A stretch of DNA of 64,000 nucleotides from a virus. The stretch lies in IMG/VR virus record IMGVR_UViG_3300031521_000001. One strand, given 5' to 3'. The notes beneath the pieces are model-generated. The model did no database searches, had not been told where the DNA came from, and saw nothing but the letters and a program-made list of their open reading frames with translations. Made by a program: the position numbers and the translations under genes. Positions 1 to 9,451 of this stretch are shown piece by piece. The stretch's first letter is position 1, and each line of letters opens with the position of its first letter.

Positions 1-229
1 AATTTAAAGTATTTATGAAATATTCAAGAATATCTTGAGAGAAAACTTCAGTTGATATATCACCTGTGTTTAGTTCAACATCTCCAACTCTGAAACCATT
101 GATTGAATTTATTCCTATTATTTTAAATTCATTGCATTTGTTGATTGCCTGTAATTCAAAAATTGTTTTTTCTGTATTATTAATTCTATATAATAAGCCC
201 GCTGCTACTTCAAAATCATTTCTTTTCAT
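1..229 (-). CDS. Hypothetical protein, 3'-truncated by window edge (MKRNDFEVAAGLLYRINN...)
   Basis: Read manually: ATG at 229 on the minus strand just after the dnaJ stop; open to position 1. Confidence 0.6.
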   Translation of the reverse strand, partial: MKRNDFEVAAGLLYRINNTEKTIFELQAINKCNEFKIIGINSINGFRVGDVELNTGDISTEVFSQDILEYFINTLN

Positions 230-248
230 ATTATGTAATTGTTTTTAT

Positions 249-1241
249 TTATATATTTAATTTATCATAGTCTATGATTATATTTATTTTTAAATATAAA
301 TCTGCACGTTTACCATCCTGCTTCAATAAACCTTTTTCTTTTATTTTTATTGTGTCGTTATTTTTAGTTTTATTTGGTAATTTTATTTCTAATTTTGAAT
401 CATCAACGTGTGTATAATTTATTTTGTTTCCATCAATAGCATCTTGAAAGTGTATGTCTAATGTTGATATCAAATCATAATTATTTATAATGTTACATTT
501 ACTGTTATTTATACTGTTTATATTTAAAATTAGGCTACCTACTTTATCTTTGTAGTATTTTGATTGACTACCATAACCATATTGAACATTTCTGTTTGAT
601 CCCCTAATTTCTGAAATATTTTGTAAAAGTAGTTCTGTTTCTTTTATGATTACTTTTTCTCCATTACATTTTTTACATTTTCCGCTGTGTATTTTTCCAG
701 TTCCTTGACAATATTCACAATCTCTGTTGTTATTTATTCCTGTACCATCACATACAACACAATCATATGATTCTCCAGATTTATCAAATCCTGTGCCATC
801 GCATTCATCACAATTTATAAATTTCTTATATTTTATTGTAATTTTATCATTTTTGTATATTTGCTTAAAATCTATATTGACATTTATACTGATATCTAAT
901 TGCTCAGTGAATTCTTCTGATCTAAAAAAATTACCAAATGGACTATTTTCACCAAAGAAATGAGAGAATATGTCTTGCCCACCACCAAAAAAACTTGAAT
1001 TGAATGATGAATATGATTTACCATTAGGACTTCTTGTGTCATATTCTTGCTTTTTTGTATCGTCAGATAATACTTCATATGCTTCTGATATGATTTTGAA
1101 TTTTTCCTCACTATTTTTGTCACCTTGATTTTTATCTGGATGGTGTTTTAATGCTAATTTTCGATATTTCTTTTTGATTTCTTCATCAGATGAATCTTTA
1201 TTTAATCCTAGATCTTTATAATAATCCTTATTATAGTCCAT
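249..1241 (-). CDS. dnaJ: DnaJ chaperone
   Basis: J-domain with HPD (KHHPDKN), G/F region, four CxxCxG repeats, C-terminal DnaJ domain. Confidence 0.95.
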   Translation of the reverse strand: MDYNKDYYKDLGLNKDSSDEEIKKKYRKLALKHHPDKNQGDKNSEEKFKIISEAYEVLSDDTKKQEYDTRSPNGKSYSSFNSSFFGGGQDIFSHFFGENSPFGNFFRSEEFTEQLDISINVNIDFKQIYKNDKITIKYKKFINCDECDGTGFDKSGESYDCVVCDGTGINNNRDCEYCQGTGKIHSGKCKKCNGEKVIIKETELLLQNISEIRGSNRNVQYGYGSQSKYYKDKVGSLILNINSINNSKCNIINNYDLISTLDIHFQDAIDGNKINYTHVDDSKLEIKLPNKTKNNDTIKIKEKGLLKQDGKRADLYLKINIIIDYDKLNI

Positions 1242-1266
1242 TATATTATATTTTTATTTTATAATA

Positions 1267-1293
1267 TTATATGAATTTTTATTATAATTGTTT
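1267..1293 (-). promoter_or_regulatory. Putative middle promoter AAAC-N18-TATAA
   Basis: Same motif and spacing upstream of uvsX, rfaE and ORF 21452..21886. Confidence 0.5.
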
Positions 1294-1310
1294 AGAAAAA
1301 ATGTTATTGT

Positions 1311-1859
1311 TTAATTATTTTTACTTTTATATATTTTACAATGTGTTCTATTGATAATTATTCCATCAATAAATTCAAAATAATCTTCTGTGATGATTGG
1401 GTATTTACTTGGTGATATTAAAATGAAATATTTACAGTTTAATGATAAATTATACATCAACTGATTAAAATATGAGTTGGTGCATAGATGAAGTGCATAC
1501 GAACAGATAATTGTTTGTTTGTGTAAATTTAATCCATGTATTGCTATATCCTCGAATGAAAGTTTTAAACATTCATTTCCTGTTTTTTTTGTATAAATAT
1601 TATTAAAATATGGATCTGTGCCAATTGCATCAATTATTCCATTTTTAGATAAATATTTGGTTATTTCTCCATTGCCACATGACAAATCAATAAAGTTTGT
1701 TATATTAATTTTTTTTAAACACCAATTCAATACTAATTTGATATTATCTTCATGCGGATTAATATATGTTTCTTTATTATCAGTATAATATTTTTTAATA
1801 CCAATTTTTGTGTATTCATCTCTAATTCCATGTTCATGTATAGATTTGATGTGTTTCAT
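1311..1859 (-). CDS. Class I SAM-dependent methyltransferase-like protein with capsid-targeting-like leader
   Basis: Motif I IDLSCGNGE, GTDPY, ICSYALHL; starts MKHIKSIHE. Confidence 0.7.
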   Translation of the reverse strand: MKHIKSIHEHGIRDEYTKIGIKKYYTDNKETYINPHEDNIKLVLNWCLKKINITNFIDLSCGNGEITKYLSKNGIIDAIGTDPYFNNIYTKKTGNECLKLSFEDIAIHGLNLHKQTIICSYALHLCTNSYFNQLMYNLSLNCKYFILISPSKYPIITEDYFEFIDGIIINRTHCKIYKSKNN

Positions 1860-1955
1860 TAAAATTAATTATTTTTATTATATATAAAATTAATTATTTT
1901 TATTTTATTTAGTTTATGATAATTAGTTTTTAATATATACTTAAAAATAACTTAT

Positions 1956-2843
1956 ATGATAGATAAAAAAATATGGACTATTGAAAAATGCACTGAAGAA
2001 GCATTAAAATATAAAACTAAAAAAGAATTTAGGATAAAATGTAAACAAGTATATGGAATCTCAATTAGAAATAATTGGATATTTGATGTTTGTGCTCATA
2101 TGAGAAAAAATAAATCATATATCTGGACAAAAGATTTTTGTCAAAAAGAATCTTTGAAGTTTAATAGTAGAAATGAATTTAGGAAAAATTCAAGTTATAT
2201 TTATGGTAAATCATTAATATATGGATGGATAGATGAAATATGCTCACATATGAAGTGTATGGGTGATTTATATAAAAGATGTATTTATGTTTATGAATTT
2301 TCTGATAACTATGCATATATTGGATTGACTTGTGATTTAGATAGACGATTTAATGAACATTTAAGAAAAGGCTCAGTTTATGAACATATACAAAAAAATA
2401 ATAATTATAAATTTAAAAAATTAAGTGAATATATTGATGTTTATTTATCAAAAATATTAGAAGAGGATTATGTTAATAAATATAAAAATAATGATTGGAA
2501 AATTTTAAATAAGTGTAAAACAGGAGGAACAGGTGGTAAAAAATATTGGACAAAAGAATTATGTCAAATAGAAGCAAATAAATTTAATACAAAAGTTGAA
2601 TTTAAAAAACAATCAGCATCAGCATATACAATTTCATTAAAAAATAAATGGTTAAAAGAAATATGTTTGCATATGACACCATTAGTAAAACCAAATGGTT
2701 ATTGGACAAAAGAATTATGTCAAATAGAAGCATTAAAATATAAGACTAGATCTGAATTTTATATGAAATCTATTAGTGCGTATTCTAAATCATATAAAAG
2801 TGGTTGGTTAAACGAGATTTGTTTTCATATGAATAAAAAATAA
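1956..2843 (+). CDS. GIY-YIG homing endonuclease with WTKE repeats
   Basis: CIYVYEF...AYIGLT...RRFNEH; four repeated WT(I/K)(E/D)xCxxE units. Confidence 0.8.
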   Translation: MIDKKIWTIEKCTEEALKYKTKKEFRIKCKQVYGISIRNNWIFDVCAHMRKNKSYIWTKDFCQKESLKFNSRNEFRKNSSYIYGKSLIYGWIDEICSHMKCMGDLYKRCIYVYEFSDNYAYIGLTCDLDRRFNEHLRKGSVYEHIQKNNNYKFKKLSEYIDVYLSKILEEDYVNKYKNNDWKILNKCKTGGTGGKKYWTKELCQIEANKFNTKVEFKKQSASAYTISLKNKWLKEICLHMTPLVKPNGYWTKELCQIEALKYKTRSEFYMKSISAYSKSYKSGWLNEICFHMNKK

Positions 2844-2886
2844 AAATTGATATTAATTTACGGTGATATAAAAACTTGATGCGTAT

Positions 2887-2946
2887 TTTATCACTTTAAT
2901 AATTTTTAACACCATATTTCTGATATTTTGATCTTATGCTATCCAT
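2887..2946 (-). pseudogene. Remnant 5' end of the methyltransferase gene (MDSIRSKYQKYGVKNY*SDK)
   Basis: Aligns by eye with GIRDEYTKIGIKKYYTDN of ORF 1311..1859; TAA replaces a Tyr codon. Confidence 0.55.
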
Positions 2947-2949
2947 ATT

Positions 2950-3246
2950 TTATAAGTTAAATTTTTTTGTTTTTTTAATTAAAGCATAACCATTTTCATG
3001 ATAATCTTGTTCAAAGTCTTGAGTTAATTCCAAAAAATCATTAAAATTTTCTAAATAATCTATTTGTTTATCTGTCAAATCTTCTGATCCGTATTCATCC
3101 GCTGAAAAATGAGATAAGCCTTCAGCGTCTGTCCATAATTTATACAATTCAGATAGACTATCAAACATTGAGTTATCATATCCTAATGATTTATTGTATG
3201 ATATTTCATCTGATTCATTTAGTTGGTTAAATTTATTTATTTTCAT
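2950..3246 (-). CDS. Small leader/KFNL-family protein
   Basis: MKINKFNQLNE ... KKTKKFNL. Confidence 0.75.
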   Translation of the reverse strand: MKINKFNQLNESDEISYNKSLGYDNSMFDSLSELYKLWTDAEGLSHFSADEYGSEDLTDKQIDYLENFNDFLELTQDFEQDYHENGYALIKKTKKFNL

Positions 3247-3625
3247 CTTTTTCGTACATTTGAATTTTTTTGATATTGTTTTCTTCTATGTCTTGTAAAT
3301 TTACTTCATAACTTGGTTCTTCTTCGTCATCATAATTGTCGTAATATCTTGCTGTGAAATTATCTATTATCTCATTTTCTTCCTTCATGAAACCATCAAA
3401 TGATTCTACTTTTCTTAGTTTATTTTTCTTGTTTTTCTTATGTCTTTTCATATTTATAGCAGGTTTAGAATATGTGGCAAGAGTTTGACTAATATCACCA
3501 GAGCCAGTGGTACCTTGAGTTCCAGGAATACTTCCTGGTTGAGCAGCTACAATAGCGCCCATACCTCCTGTGTTACCGAGAGTGGCACACGCATCTTCTT
3601 TCATAAATTCTTCAAATTTTTTCAT
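3233..3625 (-). CDS. Gly-rich protein with capsid-targeting-like leader
   Basis: MKKFEEFMKE, Gly-rich segment, internal repeat of the leader (ESFDGFMKE). Confidence 0.7.
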   Translation of the reverse strand: MKKFEEFMKEDACATLGNTGGMGAIVAAQPGSIPGTQGTTGSGDISQTLATYSKPAINMKRHKKNKKNKLRKVESFDGFMKEENEIIDNFTARYYDNYDDEEEPSYEVNLQDIEENNIKKIQMYEKDENK

Positions 3626-3627
3626 AT

Positions 3628-4260
3628 TTATATATTGTATTTTTTTGTTGATATTTTAATTTCACATTCTTCTTTTGAACCTATAAATTCAATTTTGTTA
3701 TGTCTTTTTATTATAGGTAAATATATATTTTCTTCATCATTTAAAAAATTGCAAGATTTAAATTGCTCTTTCAAATTGTCTGGTATATTTTCATATTTTA
3801 TCAAATAAGAAATTCCAACTGCTGATTTTCTTGATAAAACTATTTCTCCGGTATTATTCTGAACAAATGTATCTAATTCTTTTCTTATTCCTTTGGTTGA
3901 AGCGAATGAATACTCTTCAGAATCTTTCATTATAATATATTTTCCAATATTTTTATCATTGTTTACTATTCCCCAATTCCAACCAGAATCATCTATTTTT
4001 TCTGATATGAATCCTTCATTTCTGAATTTCTTGAACATTCTAAGTCTTCTTCTTTTCTCTTTTAATTCTTTTTTTGAATGCTTCATACTTTTATATGTGG
4101 TGAATGATGGTTCTCCAACAGCAGTGAATACAATGCCACTGGCTCCATTATTACCACCAGATTGCATATATCCTCTACCAAACGGAATCGAACCTACTCC
4201 TGCCTTTCCAGATGCATTACCTGATGATATTCCTTCTTCATATGTTTTTAAGTATTTCAT
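3628..4260 (-). CDS. Leader/KYNI-family protein, apparent two-module fusion
   Basis: MKYLKTYEE, Gly-rich part, internal MFKKFRNE, ends STKKYNI. Confidence 0.75.
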   Translation of the reverse strand: MKYLKTYEEGISSGNASGKAGVGSIPFGRGYMQSGGNNGASGIVFTAVGEPSFTTYKSMKHSKKELKEKRRRLRMFKKFRNEGFISEKIDDSGWNWGIVNNDKNIGKYIIMKDSEEYSFASTKGIRKELDTFVQNNTGEIVLSRKSAVGISYLIKYENIPDNLKEQFKSCNFLNDEENIYLPIIKRHNKIEFIGSKEECEIKISTKKYNI

Positions 4261-4625
4261 AAGTTGAATTTTTGTGTCTTTTTAATTAGATTCCATTTTT
4301 TAATATCATCTTCGGTTATTTCAACTTTTCCCATATATTTGTTACCGTTTTCTATTGCAGTATCTTTTATGAAATCAGTAACATGACTCCATGTTACTGA
4401 TGTGCCTAAGTATGATAAATTTGTTTTAATAATATAAATATAAACTAATCCACTATTTTTTATGTAGGAGTTATTCATTCCATATATTTTTTCCTTTAAC
4501 TCTTCATCAAAACCAAGTTTATTTAATGAGATTTCAAAATATGGTTCATCTGTATTTATTTCCCAAAATTTACCTTCTGCATTAACATGTTCATCTATGT
4601 TCTCATATTTCTTAATATATTTCAT
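4257..4625 (-). CDS. Small leader/KFNL-family protein
   Basis: MKYIKKYEN ... KTQKFNL. Confidence 0.8.
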   Translation of the reverse strand: MKYIKKYENIDEHVNAEGKFWEINTDEPYFEISLNKLGFDEELKEKIYGMNNSYIKNSGLVYIYIIKTNLSYLGTSVTWSHVTDFIKDTAIENGNKYMGKVEITEDDIKKWNLIKKTQKFNL

Positions 4626-4945
4626 ATGTTGAATTTTTTTGATGATATTTCATAATCTGGAACCAATTCTAATTCATCTTCATATATCCATTGTCTTGAA
4701 AATGTGTCTATTGTTATGAAGCAAGTATATTTTTTAGTTTCAATACAATAATATTCTATTTTGTAGATATATTCATTGTTATTTGTATTTATTTTAACAT
4801 GATCTCCAATTTTAAATTTAGTATCTTTTGGTAATTTTTCATTATCACTAATCAAAAATGGTGAATCTTTTGATATTCCATGATTTTTTAATTCATCTAT
4901 TGATATTTTATTTATTTTTTCTTCAAATGATTTGATGTGTTTCAT
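4622..4945 (-). CDS. Small leader/KFNI-family protein, KOW/SH3-like core
   Basis: MKHIKSFEE, FKIGDHV, ends SKKFNI. Confidence 0.8.
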   Translation of the reverse strand: MKHIKSFEEKINKISIDELKNHGISKDSPFLISDNEKLPKDTKFKIGDHVKINTNNNEYIYKIEYYCIETKKYTCFITIDTFSRQWIYEDELELVPDYEISSKKFNI

Positions 4946-4953
4946 ATGACTAT

Positions 4954-5005
4954 TATATATTAATTTTTAATTATACTATTTTCTATGATGTGTTTTTTAT
5001 ATATA
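4954..5005. promoter_or_regulatory. Divergent putative late promoters (TATATA)
   Basis: TATATAT 4954-4960 and TATATATA 4998-5005 sit just upstream of the two divergent ATGs. Confidence 0.55.
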
Positions 5006-5028
5006 CTTTAAAATAATAATAATTATAA

Positions 5029-5583
5029 ATGAAAAAACTTTTTGAAGAATATGTAGAATCTGCTGATTATAAAATAACAGTGTTTTTTAAAGAATTGAAA
5101 TCTCAAATTGAAAGATGGTTTAATGAAGGTTCATTAGCTGCTCAAGGTTGCTCATTAGATGGACAAATAGATATTTCAAATTCTAATCCAATGGAAAAAT
5201 TTTTAATTTTTAATTTTTCTGAACCTATTGAAGAAACTAAAGATAAAGATTCTGAAGAAGAGGATTCGTTTTTTAGATATAGAGTTATATTTATGGTTAG
5301 ACTTGATGAGATGAAAGGTTCTGATAATTCTCAATCACAAGAACAAGGAGCTGCTCCTGTTGAAACTCCAGCTGAAGGTAAAGCATTAGAAATAAATAAA
5401 ATATTGCTTAAAATTCACCAATTCAATGATGAAATGGAAGAAAAGGGTGAATTGGTAGAAGAAGTTGATGTTGAAGATATAAAAGAAGATTTTATTATTG
5501 ATAAATTAGGTCAATTGAAAGACAAATCAGATGATAAGGGAACAGATCAAAATGATTTAAAAGATAATGTTTATACACAATGA
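5029..5583 (+). CDS. Acidic hypothetical protein with leader
   Basis: MKKLFEEYVE; TATATA upstream. Confidence 0.7.
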   Translation: MKKLFEEYVESADYKITVFFKELKSQIERWFNEGSLAAQGCSLDGQIDISNSNPMEKFLIFNFSEPIEETKDKDSEEEDSFFRYRVIFMVRLDEMKGSDNSQSQEQGAAPVETPAEGKALEINKILLKIHQFNDEMEEKGELVEEVDVEDIKEDFIIDKLGQLKDKSDDKGTDQNDLKDNVYTQ

Positions 5584-6032
5584 CAATAGTATCAAACACA
5601 CAAATGTTGAATATATTTAGAAAGATTCCAATATTTAAAATGGATTTGGGTGTTAATTTTATTGATTTGAAGCAAGAAACTGTTAGAATTAAAGATCCAT
5701 TCATGAATAAATATTTGGAAATGACAGGTACACAAGTTATGACATATGGTTCAATAGGAAAATTAATATTTTATCAAGATTTTACTTTATCATCAAAAGA
5801 ATTTTATATATTTAATGATGATACTATTTATTCTATGATATATACTGATGATGATTCTAGAATGAGTCCAGAAAATTATTTAGCTTCTATAGTAAAAGAG
5901 ATTAATGAAAAAGAAGGTATTAAAGATAATTCTGATAAAACTATTAAAAAAATAGATCCAAATATTAAATTACCTACAGATCAATATATTGAAGAAATGA
6001 TTAAGAAAAGAAAATTAAACGGAAATGGGTAA
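5580..6032 (+). CDS. Hypothetical protein
   Basis: ATGA overlap coupling in a plus-strand operon. Confidence 0.7.
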   Translation: MTIVSNTQMLNIFRKIPIFKMDLGVNFIDLKQETVRIKDPFMNKYLEMTGTQVMTYGSIGKLIFYQDFTLSSKEFYIFNDDTIYSMIYTDDDSRMSPENYLASIVKEINEKEGIKDNSDKTIKKIDPNIKLPTDQYIEEMIKKRKLNGNG

Positions 6033-7257
6033 AAAAAGTAAAAATGATAATGTAATTGATAAAATTATTGTTAATAATCATGGACTATTAGGATTAACAC
6101 CGAATAAAGAAACTGTATATACTCAACCAGTTTCAAAAATAACCAGAATAAAAAATTTGGGTGATGTTACAGGTTATTCTGAGATTGTCACAGGAAGAAC
6201 CAATACTCCAAATAAATCCATGTATAAATTTGGTGTAAATGATGATGTGACTGGAAAATCTGAATTGATTGTAGAAAGGAATAAAACACCAAATAAAGAA
6301 ATTGTATTTAATAATGTATCAGTGATTAAAACACCAGGTAATAAATCACTATTTAATAATATAGATATAATTAAAACTCCAAAAAATGAAATATTATACA
6401 ATAATAATAAAATAGATAATTCATTAACTAATAGTGATTTGTATAAAAATATAGATTCAGTCAACAAATTAACAAATGAAGATTTATATAAAAATATAGG
6501 TTCAGATAATAAATTAATAAATGCTGATTTATATAAAAATATAGGTTCAGATAACAAATTAGTGAATGAAGATTTGTATAAAAATATAGGTTCAGATAAC
6601 AAATTAGTGAATGAAGATTTGTATAAAAATATAGATTCTACCAACAATTTAACTGATGCAGATTTGTATAAAAATATAGATTCTACCAACAATTTAACTA
6701 ATGAAGATTTATATAAAAATATAGATTCTACCAACAAATTAACTAATGCAGATTTATATAAAAATATAGATTCTACCAACAAATTAACTAATGCAGATTT
6801 ATATAAAAATACAATTTTAGATAATAAATTAACTAATGAAGATTTATATAAAAATATAGGTTCAGATAACAAATTAATCAATGAACAATTATTTGACGGT
6901 AAAGTTTTAGTGAGCAACAAATTAAACAATGAAAAATTATTTGATGATAATTTTATAGTAAATAATAAATTAACCAATGAAGATTTATATAAAAATGCAG
7001 TTTCAGATAACAAATTAAATAATGAACAATTGTTTGATGATAATGTTATAGTAAATAATAAATTAAATAATGAAAAATTATTTGAAGATAATGTTATAGT
7101 AAATAATAAATTAGTGATGGAAAAATTATATAATGAGTCTAAAAAAGTTGATAATTCATTGAAAAATGATGTGATATATGATAATAAAGATGACTCCACG
7201 TCAACTAAAAAATTGAAAAACGTTGAGACTTTGTATATTAATAGTAACATTGATTAA
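6025..7257 (+). CDS. Tandem-repeat protein (15-16 aa units)
   Basis: About 17 units like NKLTNEDLYKNIDST. Confidence 0.75.
   Translation: MGKKSKNDNVIDKIIVNNHGLLGLTPNKETVYTQPVSKITRIKNLGDVTGYSEIVTGRTNTPNKSMYKFGVNDDVTGKSELIVERNKTPNKEIVFNNVSVIKTPGNKSLFNNIDIIKTPKNEILYNNNKIDNSLTNSDLYKNIDSVNKLTNEDLYKNIGSDNKLINADLYKNIGSDNKLVNEDLYKNIGSDNKLVNEDLYKNIDSTNNLTDADLYKNIDSTNNLTNEDLYKNIDSTNKLTNADLYKNIDSTNKLTNADLYKNTILDNKLTNEDLYKNIGSDNKLINEQLFDGKVLVSNKLNNEKLFDDNFIVNNKLTNEDLYKNAVSDNKLNNEQLFDDNVIVNNKLNNEKLFEDNVIVNNKLVMEKLYNESKKVDNSLKNDVIYDNKDDSTSTKKLKNVETLYINSNID
6418..7190 (+). repeat. Intragenic 45/48-bp tandem repeat
   Basis: Recurrent GATTT(A/G)TATAAAAATATAG with 45-bp period. Confidence 0.9.
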
Positions 7258-7281
7258 AAATTCTTAAAATATAAAAACATT

Positions 7282-7313
7282 TTTGATTATCACATGATTA
7301 AGTATTATCTTTG
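7282..7313 (+). promoter_or_regulatory. Bacteroidota primary-sigma promoter TTTG-N20-TATCTTTG
   Basis: TTTG 7282-7285 and TATCTTTG 7306-7313 match the -33/-7 consensus. Confidence 0.75.
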
Positions 7314-7342
7314 TATATAATTAATAATTAAAAAATATTATC

Positions 7343-8143
7343 ATGAGCATTCTAAATTATAATAGTTTTTCGGTTATGAATCATAAAAATGAGCTAATTG
7401 AAAAGATCATTACTATAATAGAACCAACATTGGAGGATTTACTGATTAAATACGAAGAAAGTTTTTTTGAAGAAACTGGTAGGTATTTCACAGAATTTCA
7501 AAAAGAAAATACTCTACTATATTTAATATTTGATTTGGTTAAATCAATTGAAAAATATACTAAACCCACAGATAAACTTGTTAATTTGAGAACTAGATAT
7601 TCCAACAAAGGAAATTTGGAGATTATTTCAGAAATAAAAAGAGATGGTATTCTTCATGATTTCTCTACTGAAGTTATAATTGCAGGTGGTTATAATATTC
7701 AAAAAGCTCATTATAGATATATCACAAAAACTACTTTACCTCAAACTAACAATTCTGAACTGACTTCTCTTTATTCAGAAAAAATTAAGAAATTAAATAA
7801 AATTGAAAAACTTCAAAAGGATATAGAATATGACAAAACAATAATTTCTTCTTGTGAAAAAGAAATTTCAGAATCAATTAAATTGACTGATGAAGAAATA
7901 TTTATTTTATTATCTAAAGAAGAATATGGTAGGCATTTATTGACTACTTGGGAAACATTGAGTTCTGATTCTTATGCTAAACAGAACAACACAAAAGAAA
8001 GTTGGGAAAAAGGAAATAAAGAATATGTTGATAGTAGAATTGATAATTGGAAAAAAAGAAATATAAATTGGAAACAAGATAGAATAAAGTCTGCTGAAAT
8101 TTCAATCAAAAAATCTCAGGATAAAATAAATAAATTGAAATGA
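7343..8143 (+). CDS. Hypothetical phage protein with coiled coil
   Basis: 266 aa ORF with IAGGYNIQKAHYRY motif; host-type promoter upstream. Confidence 0.7.
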   Translation: MSILNYNSFSVMNHKNELIEKIITIIEPTLEDLLIKYEESFFEETGRYFTEFQKENTLLYLIFDLVKSIEKYTKPTDKLVNLRTRYSNKGNLEIISEIKRDGILHDFSTEVIIAGGYNIQKAHYRYITKTTLPQTNNSELTSLYSEKIKKLNKIEKLQKDIEYDKTIISSCEKEISESIKLTDEEIFILLSKEEYGRHLLTTWETLSSDSYAKQNNTKESWEKGNKEYVDSRIDNWKKRNINWKQDRIKSAEISIKKSQDKINKLK

Positions 8144-8616
8144 TAGATAGTTATAATAGGTATAATTTAAATAATAATATAGAAAAATTAGCAAAAACTA
8201 TACTTAGAACTTTTTTACATATAATGAAAGGTGAGCATATTAATTGTGAATCAAAATGGTTTTCAGATGATAAATATCAGTTGATTTTTTATAAAGACAA
8301 TTATACATTTAGTAAAATTTTTTACATTACATTTGAGATTAAAAATTGTGAATCTGAATTAGTTGAATATGATTCATATTCTATTTATGATCCATATGTT
8401 ACTATAGAAGTTAAAAGTGGTAATAGTATAACAGATATGATAAGATGTGAAAAATTCTTATTGTTTATTAAAAATATACTTTTACCATATGATATAACTG
8501 GACAATATTATACTTTTTGTGGTTCAGTTGATATTGATGATATCCCATATTTAATAACAAAATTATCAATCAAGGAGTATGATTTTTCAAATAATACAAA
8601 AAAATTCAATATTTGA
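8140..8616 (+). CDS. KFNI-family protein
   Basis: MIDSYNRYNLN ... NTKKFNI. Confidence 0.75.
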   Translation: MIDSYNRYNLNNNIEKLAKTILRTFLHIMKGEHINCESKWFSDDKYQLIFYKDNYTFSKIFYITFEIKNCESELVEYDSYSIYDPYVTIEVKSGNSITDMIRCEKFLLFIKNILLPYDITGQYYTFCGSVDIDDIPYLITKLSIKEYDFSNNTKKFNI

Positions 8617-8619
8617 TTT

Positions 8620-9096
8620 ATGATTCGAAAATATGAAGAACATGTAGTCTACACTGAAGAATTTTTATCTCACCTTGATACTCACTATAAAGTAATTAAG
8701 TTAGGTGATAAAATTGTTGAATTTTTGAAGAGTGCTGATAGTAACTTGTTTTATTCGACTAATTCTCCTCCTGATTATGAATATATGATAACTATTAATA
8801 GATTTAGTTATCCTACTTCAGAATTTGATGTTATTTTTTATATTCTTTTTACTATAACCAACAATACTGATATTAAAATAGATTTTCATTGGGGTAAATC
8901 AGTAAAAACATATCATAAAGATAAATGGAACACTGCTCTATTATTTTTAAGACATCTTATGTCATCAAAAGAAGATTATGGCGAGTATTATAGTTTTTCA
9001 ACTGTTATTAAACAGAATGATATAAACAAAATTATTTCTGATGTGAATGTGGAGCATTTTAATTTTTATAAAGATACTTTAAAATTTAATTTATAA
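8620..9096 (+). CDS. Leader/KFNL-family protein
   Basis: MIRKYEE ... DTLKFNL. Confidence 0.75.
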   Translation: MIRKYEEHVVYTEEFLSHLDTHYKVIKLGDKIVEFLKSADSNLFYSTNSPPDYEYMITINRFSYPTSEFDVIFYILFTITNNTDIKIDFHWGKSVKTYHKDKWNTALLFLRHLMSSKEDYGEYYSFSTVIKQNDINKIISDVNVEHFNFYKDTLKFNL

Positions 9097-9113
9097 AAAA
9101 ATACAATATCTAA

Positions 9114-9449
9114 TTAGATATTGTATTTTTTTGTATTTTTTCTAACCTCAAATTCTTCAATTTCTGCTGGTGTGAGTTTTCTTTTAATGTCTTTATCTAA
9201 TACACATCTTTTTCCACTTATTATTGCAATTTGACCAATATTTGTTGGCGATTTTACTCCATCCCAAGCAACATATTGATATTCATCAAGATAGTCTATA
9301 TACTCGATTTCTTCAATTATAAATTTGCCTTTTAGGTATGTTTTTTTCGTTAATTGTTTAGAAACAAGAATATAATCTCCTATGTTATAAGTTGGAGCTT
9401 TATCATTTGTGTAATTATAATATTCTTCAAATTTATAAACTTTTTTCAT
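9114..9449 (-). CDS. Leader/KYNI-family protein, KOW/SH3-like core
   Basis: MKKVYKFEEY, YNIGDYILV, RKLTPAEIEEF, NTKKYNI. Confidence 0.8.
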   Translation of the reverse strand: MKKVYKFEEYYNYTNDKAPTYNIGDYILVSKQLTKKTYLKGKFIIEEIEYIDYLDEYQYVAWDGVKSPTNIGQIAIISGKRCVLDKDIKRKLTPAEIEEFEVRKNTKKYNI

Positions 9450-9451
9450 GA

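Noticed and set aside
249-270. DnaJ ending KLNI as a member of the K[FY]N[LIV] family
   Set aside because: Lacks the aromatic residue and the leader, and has a different promoter class; probably coincidence.
6418-7190. Possible CRISPR array
   Set aside because: Units are in-frame, vary at codon level and have no unique spacers; no cas genes are present.
6174-7250. 358-aa minus-strand ORF
   Set aside because: Antisense shadow of the repeat gene: a stop-free repeat unit keeps the opposite frame open. The plus-strand gene fits the operon and codon style.
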